Made by a program: the position numbers and the translations under genes
Notes under the pieces: generated by a model
What the model saw: the letters and a program-made list of their open reading frames with translations, nothing else
Told to the model about the DNA's origin: nothing
Databases searched by the model: none
In this document: piece after piece, positions 1 to 9,074 of the stretch
Numbering within the stretch: position 1 is the first letter of the stretch
Layout: each line of letters opens with the position of its first letter
Source: Chthoniobacteraceae bacterium
GTDB taxonomy: Bacteria > Verrucomicrobiota > Verrucomicrobiia > Chthoniobacterales > Chthoniobacteraceae
Length of the DNA: 54,740 nt
Direction of reading: 5' to 3'
Assembly (NCBI GenBank): GCA_049690035.1
Contig: JBAVML010000467.1
Location: 1 to 54,740 of the forward strand

Positions 1-346
1 ACTCGAAGCACGAGCCGCAGATGACGAGCTGGCGGACCTGAGCTGCGATCGCGCAGCCCCACAGCGCGAGCGACGCGGTGACGTTGGTCTCAAAGCACGG
101 GCCCCAACCCGTCTCCGCCGGATTGACGCCGGCGGCGGCGAAATGCACGAGCGCGTCGCATTCGCGCAGCGGGACGCTCCAGTCGTCGGTGAGGTGGCCA
201 TCGAGCCAGCGCGGCTGGGCGGCGAGCGGGATGCGAGCCTGCGCGCCCGGCCGGCGCAAGGCCAGGACCTCGTGCCCCGCGGCCAGCGCGGCGGCGAGGA
301 AATGCGAGCCAATGAATCCGGTCCCGCCGGTCACGAAGAGCTTCAT
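1..346 (-). CDS. NAD-dependent epimerase/dehydratase (extended SDR), 3' end outside window; possibly a CDP-dideoxysugar 4-reductase
   Basis: Manual translation from ATG at 346: MKLFVTGGTGFIGSHF...LVHFAAAG...VICGSCFE. Has the GxxGxxG Rossmann motif. ATGA overlap with the rfbH stop. Not in the ORF track because it runs off the window. Confidence 0.85.
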   Translation of the reverse strand, partial: MKLFVTGGTGFIGSHFLAAALAAGHEVLALRRPGAQARIPLAAQPRWLDGHLTDDWSVPLRECDALVHFAAAGVNPAETGWGPCFETNVTASLALWGCAIAAQVRQLVICGSCFE

Positions 347-1815
347 CCCGCGCTCTGGCAAAAGCGCCCCACGAGGCGATGAATCGTCTCGATTTCGTAC
401 TCCAGCATCGCCGGGGTGAGCCCGGGATAGGTGCCGAGAAAGATCGCCTCGTTCATGATGCGATCCGCGCCGGGCAGCGAGCCGATCGTGCGCAGGGCTT
501 CCGGCCGGTTGCGACGGAGCTGGATGAAGGCGGGCTGCCGCGTGAGGTTGCCGCCAAAGAACATGCGGTTGCCGATGCGGGCGTCGTCGAGCCCGCGGGC
601 CAGTTGCGTGTGGCTGAAGGGCGCAGCGGGACGCACCAGCAGCAGGAAACCGAACCAACTGCACTCCGAGCGGCAGCCGCTGGCATCCCAGATGAAACCG
701 TCCGGAGTCCAGCCGGTGGCGTGCGTGGGGAGGGAGAACTCGAAGAATTCCTCGAGATCAGCGAGGCCGCGGCGCAGCGTCTCCCAATTGCGTTTCCGCG
801 CCTCGATGAAGCTGGGCAGCTTCCTGATCTGCTGGCGCCCGATCGCGGCTTGGGGGTCGAGGGGTTTGAGGTTATAGCCGAGATGGCTGTAGATGTATTT
901 GTGGTCGTAGCCCTCGGGCAGTTCGCCGAGCTGCCAGCCGAAGCGCTTGTTGCACGTGTTATCCTGGCCGCTCGCGCACCAGCAGTCGCGCCCCCAGTCG
1001 CGGAAGCTTTCCACCAGCACCTTCAGCTTCATGTCGCGCACGATATTGACCGCCCCGCCCTCACCGGTGGTGAGATGGTGCGGTGGGTAAAATGACTGCG
1101 TCGAGAGGTCGCCCCACGTCCCGGTGAAGCGGGTGAGCGGCGTGCTGCCGGGATTCAGCGCATGCCCGGCGGGCAGCGTGTAGGAGCAGCCGAGCGCGTC
1201 ACAATTATCTTCGATGAGCCAGAGATCGTGCTGGCGGCAAAAGGCGAGGACGGCACTCAGGTCGAAGGGATTGCCGAGCGCGTGGGCGATCATCACGGCT
1301 TTCGTTTTCCCTGGTGAAAACGCGGCCTCGAGCTGGCTCACGTCGGCATTCCCGGTGCGCGGATCGTTGTCGATGAAGACGGGCACGGCCCCGTTTTGGA
1401 TGATCGGCGTGACGGTGGTGGGAAAGCCCGCGGCGCAGGTGATCACTTCGTCGCCGGGTTGCACGCGTTTTTCCGGCGGCAGCTTGTGACTGGTCAGCGC
1501 GGAGAGCGCGAGCAGGTTGGCCGATGAGCCGGAGTTGACGAGGAGCGTGCGTTTCACGCCGAGGAACCCGGCGAGTTCGCGCTCCATTGCTTCACCCTCC
1601 GGTCCGAGCGTGAGCCAGAAATCGAGCGTCGCCCCGACTGCAGCCTCGACTTCGTCTTCTGTAAAGACGCGGCCGGCGTAGGGCACGACGGTCTTTCCGG
1701 GAATGAATTCGCGTTCTCCCGCTTCGTCGCCGGGCCGGTTCGCACGGTGCACCAGGGCGCTGTATTCGCGGGTCAGTGCGAGGATTTTTTGCTTGAGGAT
1801 TTCGGCGTCGGACAT
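343..1815 (-). CDS. rfbH: CDP-4-keto-6-deoxy-D-glucose 3-dehydrase (RfbH/DdhC, PMP and Fe-S dependent)
   Basis: Motifs VNSGSSANLLA, IEDNCDALG, SFYPPHHLTTGEGG (His in place of the PLP Lys), RDWGRDCWC...NTC and YDHKYIYSHLGYNLK. Downstream of rfbF-rfbG. Confidence 0.93.
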   Translation of the reverse strand: MSDAEILKQKILALTREYSALVHRANRPGDEAGEREFIPGKTVVPYAGRVFTEDEVEAAVGATLDFWLTLGPEGEAMERELAGFLGVKRTLLVNSGSSANLLALSALTSHKLPPEKRVQPGDEVITCAAGFPTTVTPIIQNGAVPVFIDNDPRTGNADVSQLEAAFSPGKTKAVMIAHALGNPFDLSAVLAFCRQHDLWLIEDNCDALGCSYTLPAGHALNPGSTPLTRFTGTWGDLSTQSFYPPHHLTTGEGGAVNIVRDMKLKVLVESFRDWGRDCWCASGQDNTCNKRFGWQLGELPEGYDHKYIYSHLGYNLKPLDPQAAIGRQQIRKLPSFIEARKRNWETLRRGLADLEEFFEFSLPTHATGWTPDGFIWDASGCRSECSWFGFLLLVRPAAPFSHTQLARGLDDARIGNRMFFGGNLTRQPAFIQLRRNRPEALRTIGSLPGADRIMNEAIFLGTYPGLTPAMLEYEIETIHRLVGRFCQSAG

Positions 1816-1822
1816 GGTGGAG

Positions 1823-2947
1823 TTAGCGCGCCCATCCCTGGCCGGCTTTGGTCGCGTCGGAGAGATAAGCCTCGATCTGACCGCGCGTAAACCCGGCGGT
1901 GTCTTCCCGCGGGGCCCGCAAATACCAGCGAACGGTCTCGGCGATGCTGCGCTCGAAGCCCCACACGGGCTGCCAATCGAGGAGGTGAAAGGCTTTGTCG
2001 ATGGCGAGGTTCAAACGGCCCGCCTCGTGCGGCGCCGCAGGGTCGGACTGGTCGAGCCAGGAGCCGGGCCGGTGCTTGAGCAGTTCGGTGACGAGCGCGC
2101 CGACATTGCGATTGGAGTCGAGCTGCGGGCCGAAATTAAACGCCGAAGCGCAGGCCGCCAGCCGTTCGGGATCATGAGCCGCGCGCGCTTCGGCCAGCGC
2201 GCCTGCGAGGGTAAGATAACCGCCCAGCGGTTCCAGCACATGCTGCCATGGCCGGGTCGCATGGGGATTGCGCACCGCGATGGCTTCGCCGCGATCGAGC
2301 GCGCGCATGCAATCCGGCACGATGCGGTCGAGCGCCCAGTCCCCGCCGCCGATCACATTGCCCGCGCGCCCGCTGGCGAGGGCCACCCCGGAGAGGGCGT
2401 CATTTTGGAAAAAGGAGCGTCGATACGCGCCGGTGACGAGCTCGGCCGCCGCTTTGCTGGAGCTGTACGGGTCGTATCCGCCGAGCGCGTCCTCTTCGCG
2501 ATAGGCATGCAGCCACTCGCGGTTTTCATAGCACTTGTCGGTAGTCACGCAGACGACGACGCAGGGCCGCGCGGCGCAGCGGACCGCCTCGAGGAGATGC
2601 ACCGTGCCGAGGACATTGGTGGAGTAGGTCTCGACCGGTTCGCGGTAGGAGAGGCGGACCAGCGGCTGCGCGGCGAGGTGGAAGACGAAGTCCGGCTGTG
2701 CCGCCTGCACACACGCCCCGATCGCGGCCAAATCGCGGACGTCGCCCAGCACGTGGTTGATGCGCGAGGAAAGCGCGAGCTGCTCGAAAAGGGCGGGCTC
2801 CGTGGGCGGCGGCAAGCTGAATCCCGTCACGCGGGCGCCCAGCAGGAGCAGCCATTCGCAGAGCCACGATCCCTTGAACCCGGTGTGCCCGGTGACGAGG
2901 ACGGAGCGCCCGGCGAAGCTCGCTTGCAGCCGTGAACCGCCGGACAT
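1823..2947 (-). CDS. rfbG: CDP-glucose 4,6-dehydratase
   Basis: Motifs VTGHTGFKGSWL, FHLAAQPLVRLSY, TTDKCYEN, YSSSK, RAGNVIGGGDWA and TRPWQHVLEPL. ATG at 2947 overlaps the rfbF stop (TGATG). Confidence 0.95.
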   Translation of the reverse strand: MSGGSRLQASFAGRSVLVTGHTGFKGSWLCEWLLLLGARVTGFSLPPPTEPALFEQLALSSRINHVLGDVRDLAAIGACVQAAQPDFVFHLAAQPLVRLSYREPVETYSTNVLGTVHLLEAVRCAARPCVVVCVTTDKCYENREWLHAYREEDALGGYDPYSSSKAAAELVTGAYRRSFFQNDALSGVALASGRAGNVIGGGDWALDRIVPDCMRALDRGEAIAVRNPHATRPWQHVLEPLGGYLTLAGALAEARAAHDPERLAACASAFNFGPQLDSNRNVGALVTELLKHRPGSWLDQSDPAAPHEAGRLNLAIDKAFHLLDWQPVWGFERSIAETVRWYLRAPREDTAGFTRGQIEAYLSDATKAGQGWAR

Positions 2948-3729
2948 CACCAGACTTTCCACGGCGCACGCCCTTCGTTCCAGAGACGGTTGAGCAGCAG
3001 GAACTCTTGGTAGGTGTCCATAGGCTGCCAGAATCCGTCGTGCGGACGTGCCCGGAGTTGATCCTCCGCCGCGATCTTTTTGATCGGCGCCTGCTCGAGC
3101 ATCATGTCGTCGGCGTTGGCGAGGTAATCAAAGATCTTCGAATTGGCGACAAAGTAGCCGCCATTGATCCAGCCACCTTCGGCCTGCGGCTTTTCGTTGA
3201 ACTCCCGCACCGCGCCATCCTCCGCTAGGCCGAGTTCGCCGAAGCGCCCCGGCGGGTGGACTGCGGTCAACGTGAGCAGGCGTCCGTGTTGCCGGTGAAA
3301 GGCCAGGGAGGCCGGGATATCCACATTGCCCACGCCATCACCGTAGGTGAAGAGAAAGGTGTCGTCCCCACCGATGTAGCGCTCGATGCGTTTGAGCCGG
3401 CCCGCGGTCATGGTGTCTTCCCCGGTATCCGCGAGTGTCACGGTCCACGATTCTTCGGTGTGATGGGTGTGAAATTGAACCTCCGCATCTTGGCCCAGGC
3501 GCAACGTGGTATCGCAAGTGTTCCACAGGTAGTTGCGGAAGTAGTCTTTGATCATATCTCCCTTGTAGCCCAGGCAGAGCACGAACTCGTTGAAGCCATG
3601 ATGCGCGTAGGTCTTCATGATGTGCCAGAGGATCGGCCGGTCGCCGATGGGCACCATCGGTTTCGGGCGGTACTCCGTCTCTTCCCGCAGGCGCGTGCCC
3701 CGTCCGCCGCAGAGGATCACGACCTTCAT
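2947..3729 (-). CDS. rfbF: Glucose-1-phosphate cytidylyltransferase
   Basis: Motifs VILCGGRGTRLREET..PKPMV, LGYKG, DTGEDTMTAGRLK, TYGDG and FWQPMDT...APWKVW. Confidence 0.95.
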   Translation of the reverse strand: MKVVILCGGRGTRLREETEYRPKPMVPIGDRPILWHIMKTYAHHGFNEFVLCLGYKGDMIKDYFRNYLWNTCDTTLRLGQDAEVQFHTHHTEESWTVTLADTGEDTMTAGRLKRIERYIGGDDTFLFTYGDGVGNVDIPASLAFHRQHGRLLTLTAVHPPGRFGELGLAEDGAVREFNEKPQAEGGWINGGYFVANSKIFDYLANADDMMLEQAPIKKIAAEDQLRARPHDGFWQPMDTYQEFLLLNRLWNEGRAPWKVW

Positions 3730-4067
3730 GGATATTGCCGGGTAGCGGGCTGTTTCATAAATGATGACCTCATTTCAGACGCGAGCTGGGGTTGGTTTTC
3801 GCAATCCGTCGGGATTGCGTCCCTTTTTCGAATTCCCCGCGCCGCGCCGCCACTTCGGGAGATTCCGCGGCCGCGCCAGGCTCCGCCGCGGACGCGCGAT
3901 CCGCGGGCCGTCGGGCGAACCGAAGGCTGGCGGCGATCGCCGGCGTTTGGACAAAGTGGACGGGTGATTTCATGGCGAAGATCGGAGGCACATCGTCCCC
4001 CGACCCGAACAACGTGTCTCGTAGGCAACTCTCGTGGAATCGCCAAGCCCGAAAATGGATCGGCCGT

Positions 4068-5258
4068 TCACTCCGGCTCCGGGGGCCGGCGTGAGGTGGT
4101 CTTCAAGCCGAGCACGCTGAGGAACCAGCTCGCCGCCATGATCTGATGGCCCACGACGATGAGCGTGACCGACGCGATGATGCGCCGGAGATTCTCGGAA
4201 TAGGGAATGGAGCCGAAGCCTGCCTGCCGCCAGATCCACACCGACCACGCGAGGAGCAGCGCGCCCGTGGCAAACGCGAGCGCGCCGATGACCAGCCCCT
4301 TTTCTAACGTGAAGAACTTGAAGATGCGAGCGAAGCGCGGGTCGGGCGGGAGCAGGCCCTCGGCGAGCGCGAAGACCTTCGCAAAAAAGGCAAAGGCGAC
4401 GAGCTGCACGCCGATGATCAAAAGCATGCAGGCGACGGCGAGCGTGCCGGCATCGAGCTGCACGTGGCCAAATTGCATCGGCCCGAAAAAGGTCGCGAGC
4501 GCGCCGAGCGCCCCAATACCCGCGAGCGCGAGCCCCGGCATGAGGAACAGCCAGCGCGGCGAATAGATGAGCATGAAGCGCAGGTGGCGCCAGCCGTCGC
4601 GCCATGGCTTGAGATGGGGCGGACGCGAGCGGCCATCCTTGTGCAGGGTGATCGGCACCTCGGCCACGCGCATGGATTTGATCGACGCCTTCATCACCAT
4701 TTCGCTAGCGAATTCCATCCCGGTCGTCTTGGTCTCCATGCGCTCGAAAGCCTCCCGGGTGAAGGCGCGCAGGCCGCAGTGGAAGTCCTGAATCGGCGTC
4801 TGAAAAAAGAGCCGGCCGAGGAAGCTCAACGTCGGATTGCCAAGCCAGCGGTTTTTCCACGGCATCGCGCCGGGCATTACGGTGCCGCCGCCGCGCGGCA
4901 TGCGGCAGCCCATCACGAGGTCGTGGCCTTCGCGGAGTTTTTCGACGAAGCGCGGGGCCTCGGAGAAGTCGTAGCTGTCGTCCGCGTCGCCCATCAGGAT
5001 CCACCGTCCGCGCGCCGCCTCGATGCCACCGCGGAGCGCGCTGCCGTAGCCTTTGGCCGTCACGCGCACGACTCGGGCGCCGTGCTTTTCCGCGAGTTCG
5101 ATCGAGCCGTCGGTCGAGCCATTGTCCGCGATCAGCACCTCGCCGGTCGCGCCCGCGCGCTCGATTCCGAGCTTTGCCTTGGCAATGCACGCGACCAGCG
5201 TCTCTGCCTCGTTGAGGCAGGGCATGACGATCGTAAGGTCGAGATCGGTGGTCGGCAT
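4068..5258 (-). CDS. GT2 glycosyltransferase (DPM1-like) with C-terminal membrane helices
   Basis: Motifs IVMPCLNE, IADNGSTDGS, GYGSALRGG, MGDADDSYD, DFHCGLRAF, GMEFASEM and RSRPPHL..WRDGWRHL, then hydrophobic C-terminal segments. Start placed at MPTTD. Confidence 0.9.
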   Translation of the reverse strand: MPTTDLDLTIVMPCLNEAETLVACIAKAKLGIERAGATGEVLIADNGSTDGSIELAEKHGARVVRVTAKGYGSALRGGIEAARGRWILMGDADDSYDFSEAPRFVEKLREGHDLVMGCRMPRGGGTVMPGAMPWKNRWLGNPTLSFLGRLFFQTPIQDFHCGLRAFTREAFERMETKTTGMEFASEMVMKASIKSMRVAEVPITLHKDGRSRPPHLKPWRDGWRHLRFMLIYSPRWLFLMPGLALAGIGALGALATFFGPMQFGHVQLDAGTLAVACMLLIIGVQLVAFAFFAKVFALAEGLLPPDPRFARIFKFFTLEKGLVIGALAFATGALLLAWSVWIWRQAGFGSIPYSENLRRIIASVTLIVVGHQIMAASWFLSVLGLKTTSRRPPEPE

Positions 5259-5370
5259 TTCGCGGGCGTCCAGCATTCCGTGGCTCCGCGCGGTGCGCCA
5301 CGCCAAAAGGATGAATGACTAAACGTTCACCGGAGCAGCTGCTTTCTTCGCGAAACCGCGGGTGGAAAGA

Positions 5371-5874
5371 TCACCGCACGACGCCGAACTCAGCGCGGCG
5401 ATTCTTCGCCCAGGCGCTCTCACCCGAGCCGGGATCGGCGGGCATCTCGGCGCCGAAGCTCACCGTCTGGATTTTGCCGCCCGGCGCGCCGGCACGGATG
5501 AGCGCTTCGCGCACGGATTGCGCGCGCCGTTCGCCGAGGCCGCGGTTGTATTCGGGTGTTCCGCGTTCGTCGGTGAAGCCGGCGACGATCACCGAGTTGC
5601 CCGCGCTGCGCATGAATTCCGCGACCTGCTGCACCTTGGCCTGCTCGCTTCCGCTGACCGTGTAGCTGTCGAAGCCGAAGTGGACGGGCGCGAATTTGCT
5701 GCGGTCCACGTTGCTGCTCAGAAAGGAGACGCCTTCCGTGCGCTCGGGCAGCGCGCTGCCATTGACGAAGTCGCCGTCATTGGCTGCGCCCATCCCGGCG
5801 CCTTTGTTTTTGGCGCAACCGCCGAGGGCGAGGGCGATGAGCGCGATGGTGGTGAGGTGGAGGAGGTTTTTCAT
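5371..5874 (-). CDS. pal: Peptidoglycan-associated lipoprotein Pal (OmpA-C domain)
   Basis: Lipobox LGGC after MKNLL. Motifs VHFGFDS, GFTDERGTPEYNRGLGERRA, VSFGAE.P and WAKNRRAEF. Directly downstream of tolB. Confidence 0.9.
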   Translation of the reverse strand: MKNLLHLTTIALIALALGGCAKNKGAGMGAANDGDFVNGSALPERTEGVSFLSSNVDRSKFAPVHFGFDSYTVSGSEQAKVQQVAEFMRSAGNSVIVAGFTDERGTPEYNRGLGERRAQSVREALIRAGAPGGKIQTVSFGAEMPADPGSGESAWAKNRRAEFGVVR

Positions 5875-5902
5875 GGCGGGCAGGGAGCGCGGCGGAGTCG
5901 GG

Positions 5903-7024
5903 TTAGCGCGACCAGGTGGGTTCGGAAATCTTGCCGAGGCCGCTGACCAGAGTTGTCCGCTGCCCGGTCTGCGTATCAAGCAAAATGAGCGCGGCGCCCG
6001 TGGAGAAAATGAGGTGCCTCGAGTCCGCGCCCCAGACCGGATCCTGCCCCTCGCCGACGGTGCGCGTGGCGCCGCTGCCGAGATCGAGGATGCTCACCTG
6101 GAAGCCGCCGCTGCGCGTGTTGAACGCGACCTTCTTGCCATCCGCCGACCAGTTTGGCTCGGTGCTGTAACCCGCGCCGCCGATCGGCCGGCCGCTGCCG
6201 CCGCCGGCGGAAATGCGGTAGAGCTGCGGCGTGCCGCGGTCGTCGCTCGAGTAGATGATCTCGTTTCCATCCGGCGACCAGGTCGGCGAACTCTCCACGC
6301 CTGGCGTGTGCGTGAGCCGCCGCGCGCCGCCGCCGCCCGCGCCGGTGATGTAGAGCTCGGGATTGCCGTCCTTGCTCAGCGTGAGCGCGAGCCGGCTGCC
6401 ATCGGGCGAATACGCGGCACCGGAATTCGTTCCGGGGAATTTGATGATCCGATTGCGCGCGCCGCTCGCGAGGTTGATTTCGTAAACGTCCGCGTAGCCG
6501 CTCTTGTAGCCGGTGTAAACGAGCATGCGTCCATCGGGGCTGAGGCTCGGCGCAACGCTGATGTTTCCATCGTTGGTGAGCTGCGAGACGCCCGCGCCGT
6601 CGGCATCGGCGGTGTAAATTTCCTTGTGGCCGCTGCGCGTGGCTACGAACGCGATTTTCGAATGCGAGATGCCCTTGTTGCCCGTGAGCGTCTCGACGAT
6701 TTCGTCGGCGAATTGATGCACCTTCCCGCGCGCCGAGCCGCTGAAAGTCTTGCTCAGCGCGATCTTCCCGCCGCGATCCGTCACCGTCCCGGCGATGGCC
6801 GTGGCGCTGGAAGTCCCGCCCGCGATGAAGGTCGCGCCAGCCTGCGGCACGACGCTGAAGTAGCCCGACATGGAGAGATCATTTTCGAGCACCTTCGCCT
6901 CCGCGGCGGGCAGGGCGGTCACGGCGATGGCCAGCTTGTCGCTCTTGCTGATGGTGATCGTCGGGGTCTCCGCCGCTTGCGCAGATGCGGCCGCGAAGAG
7001 AAGGGTCGCGAGGAATTTTTTCAT
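5903..7024 (-). CDS. tolB: TolB-like periplasmic beta-propeller (PD40 repeats)
   Basis: Signal peptide MKKFL...AQA. Motifs HQFADEIVE.LTG.KGI, SKIAFV and repeated P.(W/Y/L)SPDG. Adjacent to pal. Confidence 0.85.
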   Translation of the reverse strand: MKKFLATLLFAAASAQAAETPTITISKSDKLAIAVTALPAAEAKVLENDLSMSGYFSVVPQAGATFIAGGTSSATAIAGTVTDRGGKIALSKTFSGSARGKVHQFADEIVETLTGNKGISHSKIAFVATRSGHKEIYTADADGAGVSQLTNDGNISVAPSLSPDGRMLVYTGYKSGYADVYEINLASGARNRIIKFPGTNSGAAYSPDGSRLALTLSKDGNPELYITGAGGGGARRLTHTPGVESSPTWSPDGNEIIYSSDDRGTPQLYRISAGGGSGRPIGGAGYSTEPNWSADGKKVAFNTRSGGFQVSILDLGSGATRTVGEGQDPVWGADSRHLIFSTGAALILLDTQTGQRTTLVSGLGKISEPTWSR

Positions 7025-7206
7025 GCGCGCGGAGACTAGCGGAGGAACCGCCCGGGGGGAACTCGGAATGCGCTCGCTGACTCGAACTGTGCGCTCCTTC
7101 GCGCAAGGAGCGCTGCCGCGAAGGCGGCCTCCTCGCCGGCTGGCGAACGCTTTCGGCAACTTCGAATGAAACTTGCGAGCCTCGCGCTTCCCTCGACAAT
7201 GAGCGT

Positions 7207-7881
7207 GTGCGCATCCTCGTAGTCGAAGACGACAAGAAAACGGCGACCTTCATCGCGAAGGCTTTGAAGGAGGAAGGTTTTGCCGTGGATGTGCTGCGCG
7301 ACGGCGATGACGCGCTCGGCGCCATCGAGATCACGCCGTTCGATGCGGTGGTGCTCGACATCATGCTCGTCGGGCGCGACGGGCTGAGCGTCTTGAAGCA
7401 GATGCGCGCGAAGGGAAACCAGACGCCCGTGCTGCTGCTCTCGGCACGTGGCGAGGTGAATGAACGGGTGGAAGGACTCAACGCCGGCGCCGAGGATTAC
7501 CTGCCGAAGCCCTTCGCGCTCGAGGAACTCACCGCTCGCGTGCGAGCCCTCGCCCGCCGCGGCGGCGATGTGAAGTCCCCCACGCTGCACGTCGGCGACC
7601 TGACGCTCGATACCATCACCCGTTTGGCGCAACGCGGCGGGCGCAAGATCGAGCTGACGACCCGGGAATTTCGGCTGCTCGAATTCCTGATGCGTTCGGC
7701 AGGCCGCGTGTGCAGCCGGATGATGATCCTGGAGAAGGTGTGGGACTATCATTTCGACCCCGGCTCGAACCTCGTGGACGTCTATATCGGCAAGCTGCGC
7801 GAGAAGATCGACACCGGCAGCGGGGTGAAGCTGTTGCACTGCGTGCGCGGCGAAGGCTACGTGATGAAGGAGGTTGCATGA
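7207..7881 (+). CDS. OmpR/PhoB-family response regulator (CusR/CzcR-like)
   Basis: Motifs MRILVVEDD, LDIML, LLLSAR, DYLPKPF, LTTREFRLLEFL, NLVDVYIGKLREKID and VRGEGY. GTG start. Confidence 0.95.
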   Translation: MRILVVEDDKKTATFIAKALKEEGFAVDVLRDGDDALGAIEITPFDAVVLDIMLVGRDGLSVLKQMRAKGNQTPVLLLSARGEVNERVEGLNAGAEDYLPKPFALEELTARVRALARRGGDVKSPTLHVGDLTLDTITRLAQRGGRKIELTTREFRLLEFLMRSAGRVCSRMMILEKVWDYHFDPGSNLVDVYIGKLREKIDTGSGVKLLHCVRGEGYVMKEVA

Positions 7882-8975
7882 CCTCGATCGCCCGGCGGAT
7901 GGCCAAGGGCTACGCGGTGCTTTCCGCGGTGTGCCTCGCGCTTGTCGCGTGGCTTGCCTACCACGAGTTTGTCGAAGAGCCGGCAGAGTTCGCGGCCAAG
8001 GGATATACCGACATCCACAAGGACACGGAGGCGGAATTTTCCACCGTCCTTTTCCTCGCCGCAGTGCCCGTGCTGCTCGGGTTCATCTGGTGGTGGATGT
8101 TTCGGGTGCTGTCTCCGCTCAAGGCGCTGCTGGCCGCCGTTGAAAAAGTGGATGAGCACAACCTGCTGCATCCGCTGCCCCGCAGTATGAAGGATGACGA
8201 GGTGGACAAACTCTCCGCGGCCTTCAGCGCGATGGCGATGCGGCTCGATAAATCGTTCCGCCGCATTCACGAGTTCACACTCCACGCTTCACACGAACTC
8301 AAGACGCCGCTGACCGTGATGCGGGCGCAGTTGGAGACGGTGCTGCGTGAGAATGGTTCCCTGCCGGCGGCGCAGGCCGAGTGGGTCGAAAGCCTCCTCG
8401 ATGAAGTGCAGCGCCTCGCCAAGATCGTCGATTCGCTGACGTTGCTGACCAAGGCAGACGCAGGCCTCGTGACGCTGGAACGCCAGTCCGTTTCCTTCGG
8501 CGAACTCGTACAGGAGGCCTTTGAAGACGCGCTGATTTTGGCGCCGCCACAACAGGTGCGGGTCACGCTTGAAGCGTGCGCCGCCGCGCCGCTCACGGGA
8601 GATCGCCACCGGCTCCGGCAGTTGCTGCTGATCCTCGTGGACAACGCAGTGAAGTACAACCAGCCGAATGGGGAAATCCAGATTTCGCTGCGCGAACAGG
8701 ACGGCACCGCCGAGCTTCGCATCACCAACGACGGAGGCGGCATCACCGCGGAGACGCAGCGGCGCCTCTTCAGCCGCTTCGTGCGTGGGGAAAATGCGAT
8801 GGGAAAAGTGGAGGGCTGCGGCCTCGGCCTGACCATCGCGCAGTGGATCGTGCAGGCGCACGGCGGGAGCATCGAGCTCCGCACGGAGCCGGGAAAAAGG
8901 ACGACGGCGCTCGTGCGGCTCCCGCTGGCGCACTCGACGCAGCCGGTGCTTGCGGAGAATCCCATTGCGGTTTGA
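7878..8975 (+). CDS. Sensor histidine kinase (2 TM, HAMP, HisKA, HATPase_c)
   Basis: ATG at 7878 overlaps the regulator stop (ATGA). H-box FTLHASHELKTPLT, N-box ILVDNAVKY, G2 box GCGLGLTIA. Short periplasmic loop. Confidence 0.92.
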   Translation: MTSIARRMAKGYAVLSAVCLALVAWLAYHEFVEEPAEFAAKGYTDIHKDTEAEFSTVLFLAAVPVLLGFIWWWMFRVLSPLKALLAAVEKVDEHNLLHPLPRSMKDDEVDKLSAAFSAMAMRLDKSFRRIHEFTLHASHELKTPLTVMRAQLETVLRENGSLPAAQAEWVESLLDEVQRLAKIVDSLTLLTKADAGLVTLERQSVSFGELVQEAFEDALILAPPQQVRVTLEACAAAPLTGDRHRLRQLLLILVDNAVKYNQPNGEIQISLREQDGTAELRITNDGGGITAETQRRLFSRFVRGENAMGKVEGCGLGLTIAQWIVQAHGGSIELRTEPGKRTTALVRLPLAHSTQPVLAENPIAV

Positions 8976-9023
8976 CTCGGTGCTCGGTCGGCTGCGCATT
9001 GGTCGGCGCGAGATAAACGAATT

Positions 9024-9050
9024 TTCATTGTAGATTCACGGTCCAGTCAT
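9024..9050 (+). promoter_or_regulatory. Three tandem (T/G)TCA(T/C) half-sites at 11-bp spacing; candidate OmpR-family binding site
   Basis: TTCAT 9024-9028, TTCAC 9035-9039 and GTCAT 9046-9050, lying between the two-component genes and the ORF at 9075. Confidence 0.5.
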
Positions 9051-9074
9051 GGAGGTGCGGCAGATTGGGGTCAG

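Noticed and set aside
3730..4067. Intergenic region before rfbF as an ops/JUMPstart element, ncRNA or small gene
   Set aside because: No GGCGGTAG on the coding strand and the ORFs look non-coding. There is only a short hairpin CGCAATCC-GTCG-GGATTGCG near 3800, which is insufficient for a call.
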